From assembly GCA_951406725.2 (NCBI GenBank), contig OX597817.1, positions 117,986,001 through 118,050,000 of the forward strand: a stretch of DNA of 64,000 bases. The letters run 5' to 3'. Origin of the DNA: Octopus vulgaris (lineage: Eukaryota). Under the pieces are notes generated by a model that had not been told where the DNA came from, searched no databases, and saw nothing but the letters and a program-made list of their open reading frames with translations. The translations under genes were made by a program, and so were the position numbers. Every line of letters starts with the position of its first letter. The stretch's first letter is position 1. Shown piece by piece: positions 24,940 to 38,822 of this stretch.

Positions 24940-26100
24940 GTTGTTATTATTATTATTATTATTATCTTTTTACCACAGGTTATTTTTGAGCTCCTGGAGA
25001 CTTGCATGCGTAGATAGCTTACTACCGGCAGCCTACGGTACCATGTTATTCGTTCTGCTATCTAATACTCTCCTCATCATTCTGGCCCTGCCAAGGAGGC
25101 AAACCTTTTGTAACAGTTCTTCTGGGCACTCTATTTCAATTTCCTTTATATTCCCTTTGATGCCTTCTGATACTGTTCCCAAGAACAATAATTGACATTA
25201 TCTTCACCTTTTTCATTTTCCATAGCCGGGCTATTTCGTTATATTTATCTATATTTTCGCCTTCCTTCTAGACTATTCGTGTATCTAAGAGGTATGCAAC
25301 ATCAACTATACAGTATATATCGTGCACCTTGTCCCCCACCACTTGGTGTGGTCTGTTATGCTCTAGTATCTGATCTGTTTGGATTGGGAAATCCCAGAAG
25401 ATTTTGCTAGTCTTCGACTCTGCCACTCTCTGTGGTTTGGCTCATACCACGTCTTGCCTCTCTCTATCCTCCACTTTTCGCAGTTTCCAATGTAGCACTT
25501 TCGCCACCTGGTTCTATGGCCAGGAGGACCCGTGAGTATTTCACGGAATTAATGGTAAACGTATTGGGTTTTCCTGAAAATATAATCCAAAATACCTGAA
25601 AGGATATTTACACTATTTACATTATTTACATTTGACCGTACATGTTTTTCCATCCATGCTTTTCCTGTTTTTGTGTTCATTTTTTGATTAAATCTTTCTT
25701 TCATAACACAATTTACAGTTTTGATGATGCCGGCCCTCCTCGTATGTTTTAACAATAGCTCCACGGCATTTTTTATACAACCGTATGTTGTTTTCTCCTG
25801 ATTCACTACAGTCCGGGTAACTGATTAAACGTCTCCCACCCACAGACTTTCGTCTGGGCAAGTACATCCTATCGCTGTCACTGTCAGGGTGGAAGGCTCT
25901 TTCTGGACTTGGTGTCCATTTTCATCACTTCTCTCTTTCGCCATTTTATAATTCCCGCTCCATTCCAAACTGATGCTATCGCCCGCGTACCAACTGCTTG
26001 GATTTTATTCCATCCAGTCAATTTTGAGCTCAGCACCACCCTCAGTCTTCGGAAATACTCCATCCTCACTTGGTCTTTCATTTCCCACTGCCTTATCTCA
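24853..26100 (-). mobile_element. R4/Dong-clade non-LTR retrotransposon remnant with (AAT)n 3' tail
   Basis: EYFRRLRVVLSSKLTGWNKIQAV (25884-26081); KIFWDFPIQTDQILEHNRP (RLE domain, ~25345-25405); ELLQKVCLLGRARMMRRVL; (TTA)n at 24853-24964. Confidence 0.75.
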
Positions 26101-26102
26101 TT

Positions 26103-26534
26103 TAGTAAGTTAGTTAGTTAGTTAATTGTTGGCTCAAAAGCAAATAGCAAGGCCATGTACGGGGACAATGAGTTAAGTACAGGGTGGTGTTCATGTAAAG
26201 AGTTCAGGCCACTTGAGGTCAAGGGAGACTTTTAACAAAGCGGTCGTCGGCATCTTCACCATCTCGTCTGGCAGCTTGTTCCATGGATCCGCAACCCGGA
26301 CGGAGAAAGCTCCTCTCCTTCGATTGAGATGAAATCGTCACAGGTAGAACTTTTCGGAATGACTCCGCAGCCGACGCACTGGAGAAGGAGTGAAGAGCAC
26401 CTCTTTCGAGAGGTTACACTTTCCACTTATGATGTTGTGAGCGAGAATGAGATCACCATGGCGGCGGCGTTTTTCTAGAGAATAAAGGTCGAGCGTCCTA
26501 AGCCTTTCTTCATAAGACAATTTTTTGAGACCAT
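26103..26534 (-). mobile_element. CR1-group LINE 3' fragment with (TAAC)n tail
   Basis: SYEERLRTLDLYSLEKRRRHGDLILAHNII is a typical CR1 RT C-terminus. Tail (gtta)n at ~26109-26124. Confidence 0.85.
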
Positions 26535-27627
26535 CTTGTTTATTTTTATGTTTTCCTTATTTATTATTAGTGTTGCTTAATATCTTTTGATAAAAGTACT
26601 GTTTCTTTTCAGATGTCAACAGATAAAGATAATTAAATTTCATTAAAATGACAGATCTATTGGACTTTCAAAGAGGACAAATTGCCAAGAAATGCATGGC
26701 ACGCGCTAGCGTAACGAAAATAGCCGAAATACTTAGTCCATCGCTAGGTACTGTCTCGAAAGTAATGACAAGCTTGCTTTGGGAAAGTGGGAAAAACCTC
26801 CTCGTTGAAACAAAACTCCGGAAGGATACCAAAACTTTCAGAGAGAGACGCTTGGACTCTTATGCGAATTGTCAGAAAGGACTACAAATATACAGCTCCC
26901 AAAATTACTGCAGAGCTTAATGATCACCTCAAGAACTCAGTTTCCACAAAAACTATTCGCCGGGATCTGTACAAAGCCGAATTTCAATCAGAAAACCATT
27001 ACCTTCAAAAAACAAACTTTGCAAAGCGTTTTGAGTGGAGTAAAAACCTACAGAATTGGTCCCTTGATCAGTGGAAGAATGATATATTCTCGGAATAGTC
27101 ATTCTTTACCATATCTCCGACCATCGGCCGAGTATACGTGTGGAGACAGCCAAAAGAAGCATTTCACCCAGACTGCCTTCGTCCAACTGTTAAACATGGA
27201 GGATCTGTGATGATCTGGTGTAGGGGGGATATATCTTGAAAATCTGCTGGCCCAATGGTTTTGCTTCATGAGAGATTTAATAGTCAAGGCTATTTAAGCA
27301 TTTTGTCTTATCAAATTCATCCTGTTTCCGGGCGGAAACAATCTTTCAGGATGATAATGCTCCAATTACACATCACACAGCTAAAGTTGTTATTGAATGG
27401 CACGAGGAACATTCTAGGTAAGTTGAACAGGTTATCTGGCTACCACAGTCCTCAGACTGCTTTAGCTGAAGAATGGACAAAACTTTCTTTGGAAACAACT
27501 CGAACTTTATACGAGTCCATACCTCGTAGAATACAAGCTGTAGTTACTGCCAAATGCATTCCTATCCGAAATTAAAATAATTTTGTTTGAAATTTTAAGC
27601 TGTTTCCATTATTTGTTCCAACCCCTG
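26535..27627 (+). mobile_element. Tc1-like DNA transposon, left end truncated, transposase pseudogene
   Basis: MTDLLDFQRGQI.., SGRIPKLSERD.., TAPKITAELNDH.., WSLDQWKNDIFSE. Right TIR tgtttccattatttgttccaacccctg|TA. Same family as 44444-45705. Confidence 0.88.
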
Positions 27628-27984
27628 TATGTATAGAAATAATCAGTATATGACTTAACTTATTCCATAAAGTTTGATAAATTCATTCAAATTTAGAGAA
27701 TGAAGCAGATTCAATGTCAAAATGGAATTTAGTCTTTGTCTTCATATTCCTCTGCAATTGTTTCTTACAAATAGACCAAGATATTCATAGATAGAACATC
27801 GGAGTGAGCAAACTTGCATTCTTCTGTAGGTAATATTTAAAGGAAAATAACAAGATGTTTAAAATATATATAGATTGTTTTTTCTTAGTTATAGTTTAAG
27901 AGGATTTATATATTCATTATTTCAGTCACGTTTATTTTAATCTAGACTAAAATATAATAGGAATTGGGTGCTAATATATCTATG

Positions 27985-28038
<54 letters not shown>

Positions 28039-29237
28039 TACACACACATATATATATATATGTATGTATGCATGTATGTATTTAAAACTCCTTATAACAC
28101 TTTTTACTGTTCAAGCTGTATTTGTATGTACGTTCGGAATTACCAAATAAGGAACTATATGTTATTTCAAATTCATATTTAATATTTGTTAACTGTCATC
28201 TCTCATAGTTTACGAACACGTATACATGTCTGCATCAGTCTGTAACTAGATAATCTATGTATATACACAATGTTTGAAAGTATAGGAAGTTTAATCAGTA
28301 TTTCAGGAAGAAACAACCATAGCCATCCAATACTGCAGAATTTTAAATTTCTATAAAATTATTTTAGAATTGGATCATTTATTATCGACCTTTTCTGCTC
28401 ATACACCAATGATTTGCACTAACTCTAGTTTATACATAAATGATCGGGAATGATATTGCATTTCTTCGAAATATTTGTTCTCATTACTTTTCGACAATTG
28501 AATGCTAAGGAAATGTCAAGACCTTACTTTTATATGTTTCTACTAGAGTACGTCAGTTTGAGAAACTGCTTGAACGTTTCGTGTTGTCTCAGATTTTCTG
28601 AAGCAGTCATAGGTTATGATTACTACGAAATTCTTTGTGAAGTTAATATCGATTTCTATAATATTGAGAAGAAAAATTATATATGCAATTCCGAAGATTG
28701 GGGCTGATTGCGCGAACAGATGAAACAATAAACTTACACATAAGAAAAGCTAAGAGACTTATATAGATTCTTTGCTTCTAATTGCAACTTTACACCGTAA
28801 TCGCAAATGTCATTATTTTATTGTTTCTTGTCAGTGATTTTGAAGCCCGGATATTTCTAAATGAAGAAGCCTACATAAAATTATATGAAAATCATTTCTT
28901 CTGTAAAATTCTTGTACTATTTGGTCAATACTTCATAGTAAAGAAATGTCAATATTCCTTCCTGTTCTTACCTTGTATTGTTTAGCTTAATTCATTAAAT
29001 TTTAATTTGATGCTGCCTATCAAAAGAATCACGAACGGTATTACATATGCATACGGGTATAAAACAACCACCAACTCAAAATGATACTATTTTTCATATG
29101 AAAAGTTTTAAGCGTTAACTGACATCCATTTGAATTCTGAGAAAAGGATGTATATAAAATGGTCTTATTGATAATAGGAAAGCTAGACAAATCAATAATA
29201 TTATCGACAACCATCAACAGCTCAATAGTGATGAAGA

Positions 29238-29278
29238 CGATGACGACGCCGACGACGCCGCCGACGACGACGATGATA

Positions 29279-29335
<57 letters not shown>
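29238..29335. repeat. (GAC)n/(GAT)n trinucleotide microsatellite
   Basis: Directly visible; explains the poly-M and poly-I ORFs. Confidence 0.95.
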
Positions 29336-29338
<3 letters not shown>

Positions 29339-30970
29339 ACGATGGTAGTGGTGGTGGTGTTGTGGTTGTGTTGTTGTGGTGATAGTGTGGGACATATGAT
29401 GTTGACTATAACGATCATGATGATAACAGGAAGGAGAATATGAAGATGGTCGTATAAATATATAAGGACAACGATAACATTAAGCAAATCTTCAAAACAG
29501 ACAAACGTAAAATTATGAATAACTGTTTCAGTTTTGCACAACACTAACGAAATGAAGAAAATGTATCAACTTCTAAAGATATAATATATTCTGCAGATTG
29601 TTACTTTGAATGTTCTTTTATTGTTGTATAAGCTAATAGTTTGACTAATTGAATATCACTAATAAAACATGTGCAATCATATCAGTTGTTCTATAAGCTG
29701 TCTTCTTTAACGTGTGATAGATATTTAAGTCAACTACAGAAATGCGTTAATATGAAAATGTTTGGAAATATCATAGATTAAGAAATATAGTTATCTAGGT
29801 ACGAAATCAGGTATGATTCGAAATATGTCATCAGATGTAAAACAATACTTGTCTGTGATTTTGCAAAACGTTAATTGTAGGCAATGCATTTCTGGTATGC
29901 CCATAGTCTTTTATTTTTGTTTCCATCCCGCGTGTAAATTATTTAATAAAGTACAGTTCATGACCCTACAAACAGCAATTTATAACACCTTATATGCCTT
30001 TCCTATTTTAGTGGCAGCATTATTCATAACAAAGTTGTTTGGAGTAAACTGAAATATGCTTCTTTCTGTAAGTAAGCATTGATAACAACAAATATCAACA
30101 GTACTTTCTGTAAGAAATATATATCACTGTTAATAGGAAAACTGAGTGGAGGAAACCTGAGCTATTCCTATACGTTCAGTTTGAGTACCGATAGTGTGGA
30201 TTAACCCAAATAGTGTGGATTAACGTTCAAATGTAAAGTTGCCTAAAATGAGGTATTTTATTAAATGGAAATATACAGTAAATTGGAAGAGTAAAGAGTT
30301 TGCTCATTTAAATCAGACGGAGTGAATCTAAAATTTTCGAGGAAATCTGTATGAACAGAATGGCATCAGATTTTAAATTGAATAGCTGAAATAACGTACA
30401 ATGCAACTGGTTTATCAATAATGGAATAGTAATGCCCTTATTTATCAAAATGTATAGCAATCAGGTGAACACGTATTTAAGCAGATTTCCCATTAATAAT
30501 ATCAAGAGCAGGGTTAGTTATAGTTTATTAAATATATAATGGGTTCACTCAATATAAAAGCAATTCTGCTTGTCAGAAATATCTTTATGAATGATAGTCC
30601 TTCTACTCTTAAAAGAAAAATTCTGCAGTGTAACACCAAAGTTCTCACATTGGTAAATTTGTTGAATTCATAGATTTGTGAACCTTAGATGTAATAATCA
30701 TAGCATGATAAATAATATATGAAGTGATCATCGTGGTTAGTAACTAGATACTGCAAATCGAATACATACAAAGTTATACATATGCACATACACTATGCGC
30801 AACTATGAAAATAGGAGAGAATTCAGATACAATACAGTATTTAGCGTGCATTTATGCATGTAATTAAGTGTGTTTAATCATATAGGAAACCGAATAAAAC
30901 TATGCATAAAATCAGTTGATATATACATGCAAACATAATTTTATGCATATTTTTATTGTTAAACAACATA

Positions 30971-31012
<42 letters not shown>

Positions 31013-31538
31013 CTAGCAGTATCGCCCGGCGTTGCTCAGGTTTGTAAGGGAAATAACTATATAAGCATTTTTAGTGAGTTATAGCAAAATAATAGCAAAA
31101 AAATGCATTAAAAATGGAATAAAAAATGATGGTAATTTTGGTGTCTTCAAGCCATGAAGTCGTTGTTCTAAAAGAACGCTGGTCTCCTTGACAATGCTTT
31201 ACGACGTTGATTTCCTTACACTCCCTTCCCCACAGCTTCATGAGGGAGGGAAGAAGGGGGAGAAGCAACACAGGTGCAGGTGTGACCATGGACGCCAACT
31301 CCGCCGCCATCGACAGACGAAAAATTATGCGTTAAAATGGAAAAAAATGATGTTAAATTATTTTTAAGATTGTAGACTCATCGTAGACGCACGCTAATAC
31401 CCAGACGGGCTCGATATGAATCACGACTATAGGGATACCCGAATTTGGTTAAACTGCACCGCAAAATGTGGGAGTAGTTAGGAATCTAAATCGTAGGAGA
31501 CAGACACTCACACAACTACAGTTTTATATATATATAGA
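31013..31538 (-). mobile_element. 526-bp non-autonomous Helitron with 3' end like the autonomous element
   Basis: ctagcagtatcgcccggcgttgctcaggtttgtaag versus the autonomous ctagcagcatagcccggcgttgcccgggtatgtaag. 5' A|TCTATATATATATAAAAC at 31538. Confidence 0.88.
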
Positions 31539-31540
31539 TA

Positions 31541-31958
<418 letters not shown>

Positions 31959-31998
31959 AATATATATATATATCTATATATATATATACATATATGTG

Positions 31999-32031
<33 letters not shown>

Positions 32032-32697
32032 TGTATATAGTTCAGCAAAATTTAGATTCAAATGAATATGGTACTTAAGTTAGATGCACCAGAATTTTGT
32101 ATGGTGTTATCCATATAAATTCTTTCTTTTTTTTGATATTCTCCTATACTAAATAGCATAAATTCTGTGTCCCTAAAGAAACTATTTGGTTCAACTATGG
32201 AAGATGGGAAATGACGCAAATAAACTACTACGCAGAAACTTTGTTGCAGCATAATTTTGAATTTTGTTGCAGCATAATTTTGAATTTAGTGTTGGAATTC
32301 TACCTTACCTTTTCACAGAAACCAATAGCAAGTAGGGTTTCAATATAGTAGAGAGCTTAACTCCTGATGATTGAGATATATTCATCAGCGGAAAGATTGG
32401 AAACTCTAATAGAATTATTTACAAAACTAATATAAGACAGAACGGTTAGATTTATCTGTAATATAGTGGAGGCACTCGTTTCTTTAAGAACGAAGCAGTA
32501 TGAATTTATTTTAAAATAAAGCAATATCTAAAAATGTAGGGACTCTAAATTTATTCTCGAATATAACATTATTTTTATTAATGAAGTATATAGGCTGAGG
32601 TTTTCGATTATATTCCAGACCAGACTTTGACAACCCAGTGGAAACTTCTAAAGTATCGTCCCTATATAGACCATACTCAATTTTAGAAAAAAATTAA

Positions 32698-32800
32698 GTG
32701 GTACTGATGAAGGAATAATCCAACCATGATGCACGGATTTATATGATTTCATTGTACCATACTGGATCACAAATAAAAAAAATTCCGACTAGTTAAGCCA
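32698..32800 (+). ncRNA. Decayed minimal hammerhead motif
   Basis: CTGATGA (32704-32710)-a-ggaat...attcc-GACTAGTT. The ggaat/attcc stem II is the same as at 813-902, but the GAAA box has lost two A. Confidence 0.35.
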
Positions 32801-34685
32801 GAGTCATCGGCTACAGCCGTTAAAATGTTCAGCCTCCGTTTTCTGAACAAACTCACTTTCAAGATGCTACTCACAAATTATGCATCCATATACATATATA
32901 CGATCGCTAGTACACGACCACTTGCACATATACATTCCTGTATAGATATAGTAAAGTTGAATGAGAACTTGAGTGAGAGATATTGAAAGGGAGTAGAAAG
33001 GGGAGAGAATGTAGTTTAGTGTTAATCAGAGGAGATGTCAGGCTAAGTAAAGTGTTTATGTGTTCATGTCCTGAGCGGTGAATGAATCTACGCTGGTGCA
33101 TACAGGATCTGTACCCTTCTCTCTGGATTTCAAGGTAAAATTTCGTTGGAGTATGCTGTAGCGTCACTGTTAAGCTAACAGAAATTGTTGCATTGGAATT
33201 TAGTAAATCAGCTTCGAGTACCCGTCATAACGTCAGCAGTTTGAAGACTATGAGTACTTTGAGGCCATATGTATCTCAATTAAAGGAATCCAGTGAGACA
33301 ATTACGCCTCTTTGTGTCCTAGTGAGTGACACTGGAGAGGAGACGAATCGTTCTTCATGAAATAGAACAGTATTGCTTTGAGGCTCTTGGATGAACTATT
33401 AATGAAGAGGCTCCGATTCCTGTGCGTGGTGACATTTTGGTAGAAGTAGGACCCGTTTTTCCCCTATGTAGGACCCATCCCCGTTCGAATAGGATTCATT
33501 TTGGTTGGCGTACAACCGAATTTAGCTGGAGTGCGAACGATTGTGGCTAGAGTAGAAACAATTTTGGATGCAGTAGCAACCATTTGGACTAGAGAAGCAC
33601 CCATTTTGAGGGAAAAGAAACTGGAAGATTTGTGGCCTTATAAACTACAGCAAAACCAGCCTAGAAGTCGCCAGCATATTTTAAGCATTTGTGAATTGTT
33701 TGCAAACAAGTAACCATGAACAATACTAAAACTAATGTTTGACATTAGAGTCAGCCTACTAAATTAACAATATCTCACTGAAGTGGCATTTCACATTTAC
33801 AATCATCACTTTTATCATAACAGTAAATATTGTGTGTTAGTTCCGTGGATATCAGAACATGTCTACTTATCCTCCGCAATTGATTTGTGTCACTAGCATA
33901 ATATGATTAATATTAGAATGCACGCGATATCCCGAAATGGATATAATATTATGCAACAACAGCTAACTGCAGAATTGCCATGCAAAGAATTCATAATATG
34001 CAGCGCTAAGTAAGATGTTCAATGCAATAAAATGAGGTTTCTAGCTTGTATCCTGCTATATTCCTTACATGAAGTATTAAAGCGAAATGTAAATCTCTAG
34101 AGCTCATTCCAATATATTTCACATATTTTCACAGCAAACCATGCACAGGAATTATAACAACCATGCCATTGTACTCCCTATATCTATTTATAGCCTTTCC
34201 TTTTAAATTGTCTTCACTTTCTTTGTTAACATAACATTCATTTTAAGATTTGTACTGCTTTTTCTTCGTTTATTAAACAATGCTGCAAACCTTTAACAGA
34301 TTATACAACATACCCATGTAGGAATAACTATCAGTTATTTCCATGTTCCTTGAATAATAATGCACCCAATTGAACATATTTCAGTAGATATATAAATAAT
34401 ACAGGGTGTGAGAATAAAAGCATGATATATTTAAACTATGCTTATCATTCACGTTCGTGCTCGCAAAATTTTGAATAAAGGAGTAAGAATATGAATCTCA
34501 TATAAACTGCATTTCAGTAATAAAAGCTTTTCAAATTGCGAATATGTGGATTTAGTTATGATAATGTTCCATCTTTCCGTGAGTCCTACAACGACGCGCT
34601 GTTTGCATACATGTGTGCTTGGATATATGTACATATATATATATTTACTCATGTATATATATATATGTATACATATATACTCATG

Positions 34686-34774
<89 letters not shown>

Positions 34775-34892
34775 TAATATTTACTTATATATATATATAT
34801 ATAGATAGATTTCATATATAATATTTACTTATATAAATATATATATAGATACATTTATATACATAAGTAAATATATATATGTATGTATATGC

Positions 34893-34927
<35 letters not shown>

Positions 34928-35696
34928 GATAGATAGAGAGAGAGAGAAGTGTTTCTCTCTCCATCTATAGCTGTATCTGTCTATACACGCACATACACAC
35001 ACACATGTATGATATGGAATCATTAGGCAAAACGAATATATTAGCATGTTGTTTTTTATTCTTTTATTCTTCGTTTGATAACGGTGGTAAGACCGGTTTA
35101 CTTCTCACGAGAGACATGTAAACTAGTTTTGGTAAGCAAGAGCTGATAATGTGAATTTTGAAGCCATATTTGGGGGCAACTTAAACTTCTGTAATCGACA
35201 CTAAAAATATTTCCTCTCACCCTCTATCACTAGGTATGACATATACTACTAAGCATCTTGGTTGTTCAAAAATATTTTATAACCATCTGTATCAATATTC
35301 ACGATTTGTATGCTGAAGTAAAATTTTATTTTGTGTTCACGTCGAACTTTTGATTTCGCTACAACCGTGTTTACTATCAAAATGTGTAAGAGATCTTTGA
35401 ATTGTTTCCCCCACTGTGATGCATGTGTACGGTGTTTGAAACCAGGAGAAATAAAACAAACTTCTCTAAATTTGTCTGCTTTTAATGTTACTTTAAAGAC
35501 GATAGTAACCTCAATTTGCTGCGAGGAAATCGTTTACCTCAAAGTTAAAAAAATACCATGTAAATGTATCAAATGTTTCGTATTCAATTGATTTCAGTGA
35601 AGTTATTTTGGCGCTCACGGGATTTCAACTATTTATTTATATGCATCAAAGTATTGAATTATCAACTAATGTACTCCAATGATATCAAAAGAATTT

Positions 35697-35905
35697 AAGG
35701 CGGTGAGCTGGCAGACACGTTAGCGCGCCGGGCGAAATGCTTAGCGGTATTTCGTCTGTCGTTACGTTCTGAGTTCAAATTCCACCTTTCGGAGTCGATA
35801 AATAACGTACCAGTTTCGCACTGGGTTGATGTAATCGACTTAATCCGTTTGTCTGTCCTTGTTTGTCCCCTCTATGATTAGCCCCTTGTGGGCAATAAAG
35901 AAATA
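35697..35905 (+). mobile_element. tRNA-derived SINE (Nin/Deu-like domain), internally deleted
   Basis: aggcggtgagctggcagacacgttagcgcgccgggcgaaatgcttagcgg...gagttcaaattcc-acctttcggagtcgataaa... Confidence 0.8.
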
Positions 35906-36793
35906 TATATCAAAAGAATTTCATAGTTACAATTAGTAAGGAGCGAGTGCTTGTATATATTGTTTATAGTTCTTATACGGAGCTGCATTATCAGTATAGG
36001 AATTGTTTTAGGCCTTTCATTTACATTGTAGTATATGTATTTCATATGTATTATACTTCTTTGTACAATTTCAAGTAGTTAACAAAATGATAGTCATCCA
36101 CTTTGTTTGCAATATATTTTAGAGCATTTTGTTGCTAAGACGTGAAGCAGATATTGCGTCTGCATGTACTATGAATGTCATTAGATGGTGGATTTATGTA
36201 GATGTGTATAGCCATTTTAAAGATGTAGAATGCACATTGGTGAAGTAGCTTCATAAATCGAGATGACATAGATATGTTGTATTGCATTAGAAACCTCAAC
36301 AAACCACAAGTTTTAATTTATGGAGACTGTTAATGAGTATTTGACTAATACATCTGGCTGTCTTCCAGAAAATAAGTTTCCAATGCAAGCAATACTGTTA
36401 TGAAGTGTAATGATCTCTGTATGGAAATGAATCAGAGCTGTATTATATTTGTGACGCATAGAGGAAAGCAGTATATGCTTCAAACATTTTATAGTTTGAG
36501 CAAGAGAGAGATCAAGAAACATCAATTGCAAAATATCAGAGATTATTATTTCATTTGAAACACTTGTTTGTGATTACCAACGTATCTTCAAACAATAAAC
36601 CCATCCTTTTCCTCCACGGTAAGTCAATTTGGAAAATGCGTGATTCTTGAAATTATCTTCCCTTCTTGAGTGGAACTGTTCTTAACTGATATTAAATATG
36701 ATACATCCGGTAGAGGTGGGTGTAATTTTAATAAACAAAAATTTATGCAGTATAATATTTAATATTCTTGTATTTGCGTATATTGTAAGTTTT

Positions 36794-37003
36794 AAGGCAG
36801 CGAACTAGCAGAATCGTTAGCACGCCGGGCAGAATGCTTAGCGGTATTTAATCCGTTTTTATATTTTCAGTTCAAATTCAGCAGATGCAGATTTTGTCTT
36901 TCATCCTCTCTGGAGTTGATAAATTAAGTACCACCGAGGGTTGGTGTAATCGACTTTCCCCCTTTCCTCGAAATCGCTGGCCTTTTATCAAAATTTTGAA
37001 GCC
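36794..37003 (+). mobile_element. tRNA-derived SINE, same family
   Basis: aaggcagcgaactagcagaatcgttagcacgccgggc...cagttcaaattc...gttgataaattaagtacc... Confidence 0.78.
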
Positions 37004-38506
37004 TATATATATATTGTAAGTTTGATACTCTTCATTTTGTATTTCCGAAATAATATAAGTATACTTCTGGATACATCACTTTAGATATTGCCAAAGCAAG
37101 AATTTGTGTGATTACTGTTAGATTTTTGTTTTATTGAAATGGTTTTGCAGAGGATGACAGGAAAAACTAACCATTAGGTAGAAGACTTTTACAATACTTA
37201 AATACCGGAAATCACAACGAAATATAAAATGAAGCCTTTGGTGTGGTAAGCGTAGAGAATTAGGAATATTCTATGATCTCATTGTACAGACAAAATAAGA
37301 CGAAATTTCGTTCTCAATTGAGATGATACAACGCATATATTGGACATATATACAGCGATGTATATTGAGAGAATTGACAAAGTGTGTGATTTGAAATATG
37401 ACTGAACGCTTCCCACATTCCGTTTGGATTTGGCCATAATTATGTTGTTACTGTTGAGCCATAGGTCATCACTAACTGACTAAAATGTCTCTGAGTTATA
37501 TTGTACTGCTGTTCAGGCACAATGTATATGGAACTCTAATATACGCTACAATCTTTTAATGACGTGGAATATGACTTGTAAAAGGTCTACAATATGACTG
37601 AAGGAAAATTTAGTTGCTATGCGTGGAAGCATCAAGCCGTCGACAATTGCGAAGATACTGTTCGCTCCCTCATGCGTTATCTCGTGTTTTATGTTACATG
37701 GAAGATTAACCATTTTCGTGGTAAAATATTAGGAATAGCTGTACTGCTGGTCATTGTTAAGGCAATAAAAATGAAAGTAGTGTACTTGTATTTGCCTATT
37801 GTGATATCATTCTTTTGTTGAATACCAAAAGTAAGTTAGCCATTTAGTTTATCAGGATATATATTTATTTGAGAATGGAGCGTATTTTCGTCTGATTCTC
37901 TCTAAGAATTGTTGCCAGAGATAAAGTGATTAACCTACAATATAAATAATCAGCAAATATCAAAGTAACGTATGCTTTAGACTATTGGTATGCTATTTTC
38001 ATATCCAATAAATATGTTTATACTAAGCAAGACAGTTTGTTGATTACTACTGTTTTGCAAATGTGCAAAAGAAACGAAACTCACAAACAGGAATTATTAG
38101 AAGAACGAAGTTAATATTTCATACAAAAGATTTCATGAATGTGATAATTTAAAAGGAATATTTCTTGAGAAACTTATAAGGCTGGTAAGGATTAAAGCCA
38201 GTACATCTGAATTGGGTTTAACGAAAATATTTATTTATTTATTGGATTCATAGGTTTTACACAGTTGACATTTGCCATTTGAAGTATGTTCATGCATTTC
38301 TTTACTTTGCCTAAGATTGTTTTTGAACTTACCTTGCTCACTCCTTAAACCAGAACATAAATATTCGTAATATGTAATATCGAAGATCGAAGGTCACACA
38401 GATGCTGCATACCCAACAAATGATTTGTCCTGTCTCAAGATATACGCCTTTTTTCTTTTTGACTGGTTAATGTAAGAATTCCTACTTCGCATATTCTCTT
38501 CCACTA

Positions 38507-38584
<78 letters not shown>

Positions 38585-38663
38585 TATGCGTGTGTGTGTG
38601 TGTGTGTTTGTGTGTGTGTGTTTATGTATATATACGTATATGTATACATGTAAATATTTATTC

Positions 38664-38694
<31 letters not shown>

Positions 38695-38723
38695 GAGAGA
38701 GAGAGAGAGAGATAAATAGATAG

Positions 38724-38822
<99 letters not shown>

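Noticed and set aside
32364-32388. ctgatga...tcatcag as HHR or C/D snoRNA
   Set aside because: A simple short hairpin with no correctly placed GAAA/NUH or terminal stem.
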